DNA of 64,000 nt from the human T2T-CHM13v2.0 reference genome, Homo sapiens. The notes under the pieces were generated by a model. It saw only the letters and a program-made list of their open reading frames with translations, did no database searches and was not told where the DNA came from. A program made the position numbers and the translations under genes. Below are positions 1 through 63,488 of the stretch, in pieces; the stretch's first letter is position 1, and each line of letters opens with the position of its first letter. The stretch lies in the NCBI RefSeq assembly GCF_009914755.1, contig NC_060933.1; one strand, written 5' to 3'.

Positions 1-244
1 AAGCTGGAGGCTGAGATTGCCACCTACTGCCGCCTGCTGGAAGATGGCAAGGACTTCAATCTTGGTGATGCCCTGGACAGCAGGAATTCCATGCAAAACA
101 TCCAAAAGACCACCACCCCCCAGATTGTGGATGGCAAAGTGGTGTCTGAGACCAATGACACCAAAATTCTGAGACATTAAGCCAGCAGAAGCAGGGTACT
201 CTTTGGGGAGCAGGAGGGCAATAAAAAGTTCAGAGGTCAAAAAA
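1..244 (+). pseudogene. 3' end of a processed keratin-18 (KRT18) pseudogene, truncated by window edge
   Basis: Frame 1 KLEAEIATYCRLLEDGKDFNLGDALD...SETNDTKILRH* (TAA 178-180); conserved TYRRLL changed to TYCRLL; no intron; AATAAA 220-225; A-tail remnant. Confidence 0.93.
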
Positions 245-245
245 T

Positions 246-292
246 ACACACAGACACACAGACACACACACACACACACACACAAACACACA
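246..292. repeat. Interrupted (CA)n microsatellite at the retrocopy tail
   Basis: acacacagacacacagacacacacaca... Confidence 0.9.
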
Positions 293-294
293 AA

Positions 295-1581
295 TCCCTG
301 ACTCCATGTCTTCCATCCTGGACACACTGGTGCAAGATGTGGGCTCTCAAGGCCTTGACTAGCTTCATCCCTGTGGCTTTGCAGGGTGCAGCCCCTGTGG
401 CTACTCCCCTACCAGCTGGAGATGGGCACCTGTGACTTTTCCAGGCTCAGGTTGCAAGTTGCAGGTAGCTCTACCATTCTCAGGTCTACAGAATGGCAGT
501 CACTTCCCATAGCTCCACAAGACAGTGACCCAGTGGGGACTCTGTGTGGGGCCTCCAACCTCACATTTCCCCTTGGCATTGACGTAGTGAGTAACTCTTT
601 GGGGACTCTGCCCTGCAGCTGGTTTCTGTCTGGGCACCTAGGCTTTTCCATAAATCCTCTGAAACCTAGGGGGAAGCTGCCAAGCTTCGTTCACTCTTGA
701 TTCCATGTGCCTGCAGACTTAACACTTAGAAGCTACCAAGGCTTAGGGCAACTTGCACTCTCCAAAGTGGCAGATGGAACCATAGCTGGGGCCCTTTGAG
801 CCAAGACTGGAGCTGGAGCAGCCCACCGAGGTGGTGCAGGGCAGTAGTGTGCAGGGCAGCAGCACCCTGGCCTCGCCACGGAAACCATTCATTCCTCCTT
901 GACCTCTGGGCTGTGACTCGAGGGGCTGCCTCAAACATCTCTGAAATGCAATACAGGTCTTTCTCCCATTTTCTTGGATAGTAGCACTTGGCTCCCTTTT
1001 AATCATGCTCATTTCTCTAGCAAGTGGTAGTTCTGCAGCCTGCTTGGATTCTTTCTCTTCCACAGGGAACAGTCTGCAAATTTTCCAAACTTTTCTACTC
1101 TGCTTCCCTTTTAAATATAACTTCCAACTTTAAGTCATTCCTTTGCTCCCGCATCTCATCATAGGCTTTTAGAAGAAACCATGCTACATCTTGAATGCTT
1201 TGCTGCTTAGAAATTTCTTCCACCAGATACCCTAAGTCATCATTCTGAAGTTCAAACTTCTACAGATCCCTAGGATGTGAACACCATGCAGCCAAGTCTT
1301 TTCTAGGGCATAACGGGGTTGACCTTTACTCCAGCTTTCAATAACTTCCTTATTTCCATCTGAGACCTCATCAGTCTGGCCTTCACTATCCACATTTCTA
1401 TTAGCAATTTGGTCACAACCACTTAACAAGTCTCTAAGAAGTTCCAAAATTTCCCTTGTCTTCCTGTCTTCTTCTGAGCTCTCCAAACTCTTCTAACCTC
1501 AGCCTGTTACCCAGTTCCAAAGCCACTTTCACATTTTCAGGTATCTTTATAGCAATGCCACACTCCTCAGTACCAATGTTC
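295..1581 (-). mobile_element. MaLR internal sequence (MST/THE1-int type)
   Basis: Typical MaLR-int motifs (gtggggactctgtgtggggcctccaacc; tgctgcttagaaatttcttccaccagataccctaa); abuts the LTR. Confidence 0.85.
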
Positions 1582-2003
1582 TGTATTAGTCTGTTCTTGT
1601 GTTGTTCTACAAAGAAATAACGGAGTCTGGGTACTTTATAAAGAAAAGAGGTTTAATTTGGTTCACAGTTCTGCAGGCTGTACAGGCATGGCACCAACAT
1701 CTGCTTAGTTTCTGTTGAGGGCCTCAAGAGGCTTACAATCATGGTGGAAAGCGAAGGGGAGCCAGTGTATCACATGGCAAGAGCAGGACCAAGGTGTGTG
1801 TGGGGTGCAGAAGTACCACACTCTTTTAAACAATCAGATCTAGCATGAACTGAGTGAGAACTCACTCATCAACCAGGGATGGTGCTAAGCCATTCTTGAG
1901 GGATCTGCCCCCATGATCCAATACATTCCACCAGGCCCCACCTTCAGCACGAGGCCACATTACAATATGAGATTTGGAGGGACAAACATCCAAGCCATTA
2001 TCA
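1582..2003 (-). mobile_element. MST-family LTR (MSTB-like)
   Basis: TG...CA termini; minus strand begins TGATAATGGCTTGGATGTTTGTCCCTCCAAATCTCA; tataaagaaaagaggtttaattt motif. Confidence 0.85.
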
Positions 2004-2301
2004 GTAGCCTCCAGCCTCCAGCCAGCAAAAAAACTGATGTCCTCATTCCAAAGGGCATAAAGAACTGAATGAATTCTGCCAATAATCATGAGTGAGCTTG
2101 GAAGCGGATCCTTCCCCAGCTGGGCTGTGAGATGACTGCAGTGCCAGCCAACAGCTAGATTACAGCCTGTGAGAGACCCTGAAGCAGAGGACCTATTTAA
2201 GTCATATCCAGATTTCTGACCTACAGAAACTGAGGTGATACATTTTTTGGTAAGCCCCTAAGTTTTCCGGTAATTTGTTATACCAACAGATAATTAATAC
2301 A
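2004..2301 (+). mobile_element. MLT1-family LTR, 3' portion
   Basis: attctgccaataatcatgagtgagcttggaagcggatccttcccc...gtaatttgttatac...taataca. Confidence 0.75.
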
Positions 2302-2464
2302 AGAGTTATTCCAATTTTTATTTTCATTTTGTATCCAGTTTGGTAAACTGTATTTTTAAGGAATTTGTCCATTTCCAAGTTAAGACCTTATTATAGTCTT
2401 ATTTATTAATTTCCTTCAGAGGTAGACAAAGTATACCAATTCATTCACTGAAAAAAAAAAAACT

Positions 2465-3505
2465 TCAGAAATAAAAACTTATGTCCACACAGAAACATGC
2501 ATACAAATGTTCATAGCAGCTTTATTTGTAACAGCCAAAAATTTGAAACATTCCAAATGCCCTTCAATGAGTTAATAGCTAAAGACACCATTACCATGGT
2601 GTGTAGTATACATGTAGTATACCATGGTACCACGGATGTACCATGGCATATTACCCAGCAACATAAAGAAAAAAACTATTAATACATACAACCATTTGGA
2701 TGAATTTCAAGGGAATTATGCTGAGTGAAAACAAAAAGCCAATCTCGAGGTTACATATGGTGTAATTCCAGTAATATAACATTCCCAAAATGACAAAATT
2801 ACAAAGATGGAGAACAGATTAGTGGTTGCCAGGGTTTAGGGATGGGAGAATGGGGATAAGCAAGGAAAATGGATGTGATATAAAGGGGTAGCATGAGGGA
2901 TCACTGAGGAGATGGAACAGCTCTTGATAGTAGTGGTGGTTCCACAAATCTACATGTGAAAACTACATAGAACTTACACACACACGAACATGCACATGCA
3001 TGCAAATGAGTGCATGGGAAAGCGGTGAAATCTGAATAAGCTCTGGATTGTAGGAATGTCAAGTTCCTGGTTTTAATATTATAATTAGGGGCTGGGCTTG
3101 GGTGGCTCACGGCTGAAATCCTAGCACTTTGGGAGGCTGAGGTGGGTGGAACCCTTGGGTTGAAGAGTTTGGGACCAGCCTGGGCAACATGGCAAAACCC
3201 CATCTCTACAAAACATACAAAAACTAACCAGGCGTGGTTGTGTGCACCTGTAGTGCCAGCTACTTAGGAGGCTGAGGTGGGAGGATCACCTAAGCCCAGA
3301 AGGTAGAAGTTGCAGATCATGCCACTGCTGCACTCCAGCCTGAGCGACAGTGAGACTCTGTCTCAAAAAAAAAACAAAAAAAACAAAAAACTATAGTTAT
3401 GTAACATGTTACCACTGGAGAAGGTGTGTGAAGCTATATGGTCCTCTGTACAATTTTTGCACTTCCTGTGAATCTACAATTATTTCGAAATATAAAACTT
3501 TTTTA
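2465..3505 (+). mobile_element. Old L1M 3' fragment interrupted by an Alu (~3090-3390, +)
   Basis: caaatgttcatagcagctttattt, atgctgagtgaaa, agtggttgccaggg L1 3' motifs. Confidence 0.75.
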
Positions 3506-3562
3506 AAAACTTCAGTTGATCTTATCTAAAATCTCGGGTTTAAATATCTCTTTAATTAATTA

Positions 3563-3849
<287 letters not shown>

Positions 3850-4815
3850 TAAATTCCTATTTTAAATGGCACCCTCCATCTGATTCTCACTGGATCTGCC
3901 TTTTGAATAAAGACCTGAAGTGAAAGATCTAATCATGAAGATATTCCATGGGTATCTGGGATACTTTGTTAATGTGCATGATAATTATTTCAATAGATAT
4001 TATAAAGGAAATAAAATCTCCCTGGAATTTCATTTCCTTAAGTTTCCTCTCCCTTACCTGGATCACCCATCCATGGTTTTTCACCCTCTTCCTCCTTCCT
4101 GATCTCCATTGTCACATACTTTAGGATGTATATAACATGTTTTACAAATATTGGACTGTTCTCAGCAATGGGGTCTGGGATTTTAAGCCAAATTTAATCC
4201 CCTATATTGATTGGGTAGATGTCCAATAGACTTCCTACACTACAAATCCTGTCCATTGCTGTCTCCTACTTTTTAAATCCATCTTTTTTTCCTCCGTCCC
4301 AGCTTGGCCATGCTCTCAATACTTCTTACCTAGATTGCTGACCTGGCCTCCCTGCTGGTCTATCTCCAGCTTTACCTTTCACCCCATGGCTAAAGGGATC
4401 TAAAATCCCAAATTGTTTAGATTATATAACTCGTCTCTTTAGAATGGTATTTGCTGTCCTTCATGAAGTCCCTACCTACCTCCTCTGCGACCTTGGGCAA
4501 AATCTCTTAAGATCTCAGCCTCAGTTTTATGGTCCTAAGTCGTGATATATTATTGTACTTACAACTGTTTCTAGAAAATATTAAGTGCTCTATTAGTCAC
4601 TGAAGCACCATTCCTTAAACACCTCTTCCATTGTAACACTTACGGTCAATATAAGTTCCGATCACCATGACCACCACCACCTCCTTGAGAGGTAGAAAAG
4701 AGGCAGACAAATCAGAATTCTGATTCTACTACTTTGTAGTTACAACATCTGGGCGAGTTAGATAACATCTCAAACATAAGATACGGGTTATAACATCTAA
4801 AGTAAAGGACGGTAG

Positions 4816-5138
<323 letters not shown>

Positions 5139-5897
5139 CTATCCAAGACAGTACTTCAAGGAATGATAGTTCAAGATTGAGTGGGTTGTTGTGAAGGTAC
5201 AGTTGGAACTCAGGGTGCTTCCTCTACTTACCTCTGCATGGTGCGATGTTATGTAGCTAAAAGTATAGCTGGAGGTCATTTTACAGGGAAGTACTTCCTT
5301 TTGCTCACCACTGCCACTAACCCCATAATTTCTTTTGGAGTTTCCCTACACCCTACATTAGAACAATAGCTCACTGAATTATTCTGTCTTCTGATTTTCC
5401 ATACTGTGATTTTCTAGAGAAGAAACTCATGTTTCATGGACCTTTAACCTTACTGAACAGCACAGACAGGGGTTTAAAATATATCAGCTGAATGAATGAA
5501 TAAAACCACTTGAGGCCCAATGAAAATGGTGTCTAGATCCACCCAAGGCGTTCTCCTGAGGTCCACAGAATTGTCTTCAAACTTCTATGATACATTGCTT
5601 TGTATTAGTTATGCATCTGTCCTACTTTCTCCACTAGACAGTAAACTCAGTACTATCTACATCCTCATCTCCCACCCAGAAAGTGCTGTGTTGAATGAAG
5701 GAAGTGACTTGACAGAATTAAGGTATATCTCAACCTCCTTGGGTCTATTCATTTCTTTCAAATCCTTCCTTATGATATATAGATGAGGCATGCAATCATT
5801 TAAATCTCAAGGAGTGACCTGGTAGCTCTGTTAAGCCAAAAACTATGCCAAGAAAATCTAGATAACTAAAACATACCATAAACTTAATATTGACATT

Positions 5898-5934
5898 AAA
5901 CAAACAACTTTTAAGGTGGACAAATAATTTTATT
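5898..5934 (-). terminator. Distal polyadenylation signal (AATAAA 5934-5929) with GU-rich downstream element
   Basis: Minus strand AAAATAAAAATTATTTGTCC...AAGTTGTTTGTTT. Confidence 0.75.
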
Positions 5935-8900
5935 TTGTGCATGCAAATACATGTCAAGTACTGCAAACTTTTTCCATCAATTTTCTCTCAAACACTGAAA
6001 ATCATGATGCTCTATTTTGTGAACAGCCAAAGCTAATATCTCTTCACTTCAGTGCTACAGCAAAAACACACAGAATTCACTCTTTGCTATTCACTATCAT
6101 CACAACCCTCATTGTTCCATCTCTGCCCTCCCCCCATATACAGGCCTTATAAATCCTAGTCTTCCCCCATTTAATCCTATTCCTATAGCACAAAGGGAAA
6201 CATTACAATTTGGAAATTCAAATTGAAATAAATGGAATAGAATTTATTCCCATATATATTCCCCATTTCATTGTACAGAATTATTTTAAATTATAGTTTT
6301 AAATAGAAGCTGAGTATATGCCTTAAAAATGAGCATTAAATCCATCTTAGAGATGGTGCCTGCTTTTTACATGATGGGTGTACACCATCTTTAATTTCAT
6401 TTACATTTCAATCGAACAATAGATTTGCAAAGAAAATGTCTAATACAGACGTAAAAATATTCACACTAGAGCTTCACAATCGGTTGTACAATTGACAAAC
6501 AGGCCTCTTTTCCCAAACTTTCCAGCTAAGCAAATTTATAAAATGTAATCAATGCAACAAGAAAAACATTTCTCTTTCACTTCCAGGGAAAAGAATATGC
6601 AATAAACAGTATAAATGCAGACAGCAGTTGCTGCAAGCTAACCACGATACTCCCAAGTGGCTGTACAGTGGATATGTGCAGTACAAATAAAAGCCACATG
6701 TGTTGTATCACAACTACAGTATAATTGTTTGCCCAGCTAAGAGAATGCATGCACTTCCATGCCTTGGGTTATAAAGTGAGGCCTAATTCTCGACAGGTTG
6801 ATGGAATATGTGCAAATGACCTTGGCTTTTGGCAGTACTAAGTGCAGCCAGTGTCTGTGTTCCACTGGTTTGGGAATATTTTAAAAATTTTATTAAAAAA
6901 AAGAAAAAACTGCCAATTTTAGACTAGAAGGGAATAACTGCTCTTGGAGTAAAAATAAGACTCCACTCAAATGTGGGGTGTTTTGATCTGTGGTCTTGAC
7001 GCCTTGTATTCCCTTGCCAGCAAAGGGATACAAGGAAGACGCTAGTATAAAGACATTACTAGCAAACTTCTTCAATTTATCCAGAAAATGGGATACTCCT
7101 TGAGCATGTTCTTTTGTGTTCTGCTTGCAGAAGGGGTCCTTATGTAGAAGGAGTTACAGTAAGTGATCCCATCAAGCCTCTTCATTCACTAAAACAAAAG
7201 AAAAGTTCTTCCAGGAAACCAATGCATAGTTGCAATGCAACTTTTCCCTTTAATGCTTAGTTATCAATACTGGTGACAGTCTGCTCCAAAAATGACTCAA
7301 AGAAGATAGGGAAGAAATACTCAGATTCAAAGGTGAAATCACATGCTGAATCTGATGGTTATACATTCCACCCCTGTTAACAAGACAACATAGGCTTTAA
7401 TGTCTAAAATCCAAAAGCAAACTAGATGGTTTTTAAAATAATTTTTCAAATGTTTAAATGATCCCATTTGAAATTCCTACAAATTGCCGTGCATCCTGTA
7501 ATTTTCTCAAGGCAGCATATAAAATTGGGATGTGCTTTATATACTTAACCTCAAATTGAAATCTGAAAGTGACTAGATCCATACAAATGGAAAATTTCAG
7601 TTCTTGTATAGGAAATTTCTTTTATTATCCTCTTACTAGAATAAATAGCTATGATGGGAAGGAAAAATCAGTGCCACTGGCCTAATGAACTCCCTTTTTT
7701 TTGAAAATTACAATGCACAACTTTCATGTATGACACTGGTTTATCACATGGCATTGAAAATAAGACGTGGCAGCAAAGGCAAGGGAATCTGCTTTGTTCA
7801 GGTACCAACTAGAAAAAATATATATGTAACTTCCTCTGAATTCATAAAATGAAATGAAACCACAAAAAAACTGATGCTACAACCACAGTAACTGAATGCG
7901 GCACATGGATTTCAGAATGGAACTTAGAAATTAAAAAACAAAAACACAAAAAATGAAAGAAAATAACCACCACTTTCCTGCTTTCCAGACCTCAGACTAT
8001 TTTTTCTGATTAGACAATAGGTAACATATGCAGTTTGGTTACCCACATTACACATTTCCTCTCTTGTTGCTTTGTATCCTTTGATTCCAAATTTGTACAT
8101 CACATCTTGTTGGTAAAAAGGCCAAATGACGGGAAATGCCTCAATTTTAAAAAGTCATATCCTAGGTCTGATTTGTAACATTTTCCTCGATGATATCAGT
8201 AGGTACCATTCTGAAGAAGGATCAGATGAACTGCCCTTTCTTCGAAAGTGGCAGAGAACCAATGGCTTTACTTCACATTAAGCCCACCATGACAGACAGA
8301 AGGTGACCACTACATAGAGAATGGATGCAACACAGAATAATCTCAACACAGAAACAATTCCTATGTTGTTAGTGAAAAAGAGAGTAAGTTTTTAAGAACA
8401 GGGAGTTATTGTTTTATGGGATCACCTGCTGCAAGACAAGCATTATTTTAATATAAATGTTCTGAGACATACCAATAAGGTTGGCAGGTATATACATATA
8501 CTGATGCAAATGTAATTTCACTGGACAAGTAGGCAAACATCTAAGCAGTTTATCCCAACCCCCTCCAGCAGAGCACAACCAAGTTTCAAAATTTCAATTT
8601 TAAAATTAAAAAGATAAGGTTAAATACACAAGATCAATTTATGTAGTATATATTCACCCTCAGAACGTGCTGAAGATGTTTTGTGTAGTTCTGTTGCACA
8701 GAGGGTTCTTTCCCTGAGGGCACATAAGGAGCTCTCAAACTGTTAATAGGTCTCTATTTTGTAACAAAATAGCAATTTTAAAATCTTAAAAAAAAATACA
8801 TTACCTTCAACATGGAAGATCTCACTATTAAATATCCATGAAATAGACAGACTGGTTTGCATATCCTTTTTGGAATTACAAACAGCAAATAAAGTACATT

Positions 8901-10981
8901 GGAAGCATTTCAAATGTAATAAGCACATATTTATAGAAAGGTTCTGATATAAATTATATAACAATCATGTTCCTGTAATATTCTAGGCTAATTTATAATG
9001 TCAGAAATAAGTTAATGTAACATGGTTTAAAACCCTTGTTCCTATTCATTTCAGGTTACAGAGTGAAATAAATAAAATGTCTTCATAGGGATGGGGAGCA
9101 CTGGCCATGGCAAAAAAGGTACAGTACTAACCAAAGGAAACTAAGTCAAGGCTACTGTGCTGTTGTTATGCTACAAACAAACATCTTCATACATTTGAGT
9201 ATTAAATAAATGTGTAAGATCTTCCATACTGACACCAGAATATCAAAACTACCCCTTTGTTTCTCAGGTATATTTACAACTTATCAGTCACCTTATGAGC
9301 ATGTTCATTAAGACAGGTATCAAACACCAGTATTTACTCATTCTAATCAAGAAATTTCAGGGAAATGTCAACCCTCCCGCCCCTGGAAATGTGCACAAAA
9401 CTTTTTATCAAAATCTTATCTGATACAATGCTGTGGTTTTGTAAAACAACTAAATAGCTCAGACGACCAATAACATGATCCTGTTTAAGCATCTTGCTAG
9501 CAGGAAAAGCCCTTACATACAGTACACCTGGTGAAAGATCAGCTTGGCTTAAAATATTCCAGTACAATTTTCAGAGTAAACAACTTCACAGAAGTTAATT
9601 AAAAAAATAATAATAAAAGTCAAACTAATCTTAAAGAAACAGAAGAAAAACAGATAGATAAACTATAGGTAAAGATCACCAGGAAGGAATGCCCAGCTCT
9701 TCTTTTCAAATGTTGACTGAAATTTAGGTTTCAGTACAATACCTCCCACAAATCTGATGCATGACTTGTTGAACACATTGTATACTTTCAGATGCCAAGT
9801 CAAAACCATTTCAGTCACATTTTAGCAAGGCAGAAATTATTCATGTTCTTAAGTATGAATAAATGTTAGCCACTGTTCTACTATTACACAGTTCATAGTC
9901 TTATCAACCTAACAGTCAAAAAACAAGAAAAACTAAACCCCAACATGAAGTAACAATAAACAATATTTAACCAAGATAATGCAATGAACAACCAAATTAA
10001 TTAGTTTAAATTAAAAACCCAGCAATACCATCTTGTTAGTCAGTGCAAACGCTACATACAGGGTTTTCTCAAGAAAGCTGAAAGCACCTGATTCTTTTGC
10101 CAAGTCATCAGATTCAATAATGTACAGGCTTAAATCTGCATTTTAAAAAACTGCCATTACATTAGTGCATAATTTATCAAAATTGTAAAAACGATTCTGC
10201 ATAACTTAGGAGAATTTAATATCTAGTACATCAGCTGAAAGACTTAGGCACTTGGTTATATTTTTAATTAATTACTTCAACAAGTAGCCTGTGTATAAAT
10301 ATTAACAAAGCAGAAACTACTCTTGAAAAATGGAAAATTAAAAAAAAATTATATGCTACAGATAAAAGCACTGCACCACACTCCTACATATAATGCAGTA
10401 AAGAATGCTAGTATATAACCCTGTAAAATTCTATGGTAAGAACATCTAACTCCACTCTTCAAAATTAAAAAAAGAAAAAGAAATCCATGCAAAGTTCCAT
10501 GAAAAAGATAAATAAAGCAGCTGGAATGAGATGGAAACTTCTCTCAGTGAAACATAAAATAGAAATAAATAAGTTAACTAAGTCTACTTTCACTAGATGT
10601 ATCATTGTAGGATCCTGCTAGTTTAATAACTGAGTTGTTAATTTTCTATAGAAGCCATTTAAAATAGGAAATGGCTCAGTTACTGCACCGGATTGCTACA
10701 AACTCATAAAAAGCTGCTTGAAGCTTAAGTTAAATGTTGTCCAAATTCCAATCATTTCTGGAAAGTGAACATGTTACCCTAGTAAAGTAAATTTTCTTTT
10801 TTTTTTTCATAATGCTAATGCAAGAGGGCTTGAAGTATCAAAGAGTCCACAGGAAATGGATGCCCCCAGTAATATCTTTTTTTTAAAAAAAATATACATT
10901 ATATAATATATATTATATATATAAAAAGCTAGTGTAAATGCTTCCATGGTGTGGTCACAAATTTGAAAGATGAACCTCCTT
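5912..10981 (-). other. RC3H2: RC3H2 long 3'UTR (~5 kb)
   Basis: Follows the stop codon; AT-rich; no recognisable Alu/L1; ends at AATAAA followed by a GU-rich element. Confidence 0.8.
9581..9597 (-). promoter_or_regulatory. Constitutive decay element (CDE) stem-loop, Roquin binding site
   Basis: RNA UAACUUC-UGU-GAAGUUG: 6 Watson-Crick pairs plus a U-G pair, Py-Pu-Py triloop, UUCYRYGAA consensus. Confidence 0.9.
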
Positions 10982-58743
<47,762 letters not shown>

Positions 58744-59701
58744 TGTGGAAGCTGGATGCTCGGGTTAGCAGTCTAGCAGATCATTATTTTGCTGTGTAGT
58801 GTTTTGTAAGCTAGAAATGGACAAAAGTATGAATTAACCACATATTCATCATTCACCTTTGAAGAGTTAATTGCTTAAGTCAACTATTACAGCTTCAGAC
58901 CTAAAATACTTCTAAATAATTTTATAACCTTTGGATGTCTTTTTTAAAAAACCTATTTGCTGAATTAATTACATTTCTGAAATTCTGCCTGGAAACAATA
59001 CCTTAATAGTGTTCCTTTCAACTAAACTGTATTTATATTGGTTGCTCACATAATAAACATCAAAGCTTTTATGTATTTTTCTCAACGACCACATCAAACA
59101 AGCAAATTAACTTTCCATATTCCATTTTTAGGAACACAAATTACTTTGGACTGCTGGGCGGTTTTTTTGTTTTGTTGTTTAAAAAAGTGTTTCCCTTGGA
59201 TAACCAGTACCCCAAAACATAATAAAGTATGGCCAGGAGTTAATGAACTTTGGAAACTACTGATCCAAACAATATTGTAGAGACTCAAGTGTGAAGAAAA
59301 CAGCTTTGCCACCTGAAAGAGGAAATCTCTGACAAGACTTGGCTAGGAAGCAAAATGAGGCACTGAAAATCAACATATAAGAGAAGACTGTGATGACTGA
59401 GAGATGATTAAGAGAGCTGTTTGTTCATAAATGAAAGACTAATGCTGACCACAACATACAGTGCCAAAGTAAAACAAAAAAATTGTCTTAAATATCTTGT
59501 ATTGTTCAATACAATACTTCTGATAAAACTACATTATTTAGCGATTGATATATATAACCAAAAACTGTAAAGTCCAATGAGGAAGACACAGAAGAATAAA
59601 ACATTATTCTAAAAAGTTATATATGCATGATTAAAAACTGAAAAGGCACATAGAAAAAAACAGTGAGAGAATTTTTCTTATTTCTGAGATCAAAATGTTC
59701 C

Positions 59702-60000
<299 letters not shown>

Positions 60001-60225
60001 GTTCCATAATTTTAGTAAAGTAAAAGATTTAGTAGCAAAACGATACTAATTTGAACACACTAAACTTCCCAGAATTTCTTTATCTTCCAATTCAAGACTT
60101 AACATAAGTCTGACAAAAGCTCTCTGGTGAACAAGAAATCTAGGTATTTAGGGCAATCAAACAACTAATACTTTATTTCACAGGAATGTTTACCAACCCA
60201 AATATATTAGTTCCACAGAAATTAG

Positions 60226-60622
<397 letters not shown>

Positions 60623-61319
60623 CTGCGCTTTTATATTCACAAAAACAGAGATTAAAAAAAATCTTGGTAAAAATGAATTACAGGGCTTGCTATGTAAAAA
60701 GCACCCCTATACAAACTTTCTCAAACAGCTCTAATGCAAATTATCTAATATCGTTATCTTTAAAGTAACCAAATCTTCCAAGTTATAATTTTACAACTTT
60801 CATCCTCAAATTACCACATCTATTAATGCCATCAATCTAAAAACCAATTAGTTTCCTTCCAACTTTAGAGATAAGCACTGAGCAGATGAATATATCACTC
60901 CCTAAAACTACTGAACATTTTTAACATCCAGTTTTCTGGTTTGCAGAGTTATACAAGAAAAGGCCTTTGAGGAAGAATGAATTTCATCTTAAATCTACTG
61001 AAAGCCCTAATATAGTTAATAACTTGAACTGATTAAATATTTATGAAAACAGGACACTGCGTGTAGTTTTTCATAATGGCCACCTGTTTGGAAATGTTAA
61101 TTCTGTGGGTTAGGGTATCACAGGCCACCTGGTAGTACAAAATAAGAGCAAATACCTTTTCCTTAGTTTTCCAAAGCCTTTCTGAAATGCTTTATATTAA
61201 AGCACATAAGTGTGGGGCTTGGGGTGGGGGAGTTTCAACTATACAGAAAAATGCTATCTTTCATATTGTCACCTACTACACAGTTTTAAACTGTTTCAAA
61301 CTATACCAGAGCACACTTA

Positions 61320-61375
61320 ATAGTTTTATGTTACAATAGTCCTTAGTATAGTTTTATGTTACAATAGTCCTTAGT
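61320..61375. repeat. 28-bp perfect tandem duplication
   Basis: atagttttatgttacaatagtccttagt x2. Confidence 0.9.
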
Positions 61376-62792
61376 GTGTTTCAGCATAGAAACATCAGAG
61401 GTTTTAACATAATTAATACTGAGAAGTTTAATTTCTACCACAAATTGAATTAATACCTTTAAGATATAAAGGAAAAACACTGCCAAAATTTTGGCAATAA
61501 CTCTACCAAATTTTCTTCTCTGTGTCAGAGTCTAGCTTTCTGACAGTAAATTATGAACTAAACTTCCCTTATACGATCAGATGTAAGAAACGCTTTGATT
61601 TTCCAAATATGTTTTTCTTCAGTAATATTATCAGTAAATCCTAGATTCCTTAATTAAGATAAATCAATATAAAATTTTACCTAAAACATAGAAGAAACTT
61701 CATTCCTTCAAAACAGGCACTTTGTAAACATTTACCTAGAAAATATTTTTGTAACTACCAAAAATGGTAAATATCCTATAGTTTTTATAATTTAAAGAGC
61801 ATATAAATGAACCATGGAGCACTAAGACTACATATTAATTTGCAAAACTTCTAGACCTATACTAATACATTTTATGCAACTTATTTGAGTCTATGTAAGT
61901 CTAAATTGCTATGAATATTTATAGTTACTACTGAAGTATTCTTCTCAAATAATCAAAACATTTCAAACTGAGATAAAATGGACTAAAAGGCCTACAACTC
62001 AAGATACCTAAAGTGATTCCTTAAGAAAAACATTCTAATTATTTGTATTAACTAATTTTAGTTACCAGTTACAAAAATTGAAAAAGGATAATAAGATAAA
62101 GCATAGGAGTGAGAAATGCTAAATTAAAGGTGGGACCATAAACAATTTTTCGCTCAAATAATTTTCCAGACTGTAAGTTCCTTGCTATGAGTGCTGACAC
62201 ATAAAACAGGAAGCACAATAGGCATCTCTTATATGATTCAAATTACAAACTGCTTTATTAAGAGCCAGCTAAATACTTTCATTTTCTCTTATTAGTCCAC
62301 CATATTATGCAGCCAGTTCAGGTCTACGGCATCTGATTTTAAAATGCCAGAATAAAGTTTATGCTTCTTTAACTGTCATATATGTATACATCATTTTACA
62401 ATTCTCTTAATAAAAATGTAAACCTTAGGGCTTAGTTCTTCTAATTAAAACCATTGTTTTCATTCTTGTTAACCTATGTGAGGAATATAAGCTACTGAAA
62501 TGGACTGTCACAGTACTTCCCCGTTTAGAAAACTTAAAAATAATTAGTTTTGTTCTTAAAAAATGATATTTAAAGCATAAGCACAATTTGGATCTCTAGC
62601 TAAAAGACAAGTAAAAACCAAAACAGCAATGGAAACAACCTGTAAGCTAGAAACTCAGTACTGGAGAAAAAGGAATTGAATTGCAATTTAAAAGACTGCT
62701 ATAATATGTGATTTTGCCGTTAACGTGTGAAGTATATATGACTCAAATTTTACTTCTTAAATACACTATGTGGTTGAACTGTTTTAAAATAA

Positions 62793-63488
<696 letters not shown>

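Noticed and set aside
386-1486. ORFs in the MaLR internal region
   Set aside because: Broken remnants of the MaLR internal ORF, with multiple stops and frameshifts.
10490-10506. UUC-AUG-GAA hairpin in the 3'UTR as a second CDE
   Set aside because: Loop is Pu-Py-Pu and the stem only ~3 bp; does not fit the CDE consensus.
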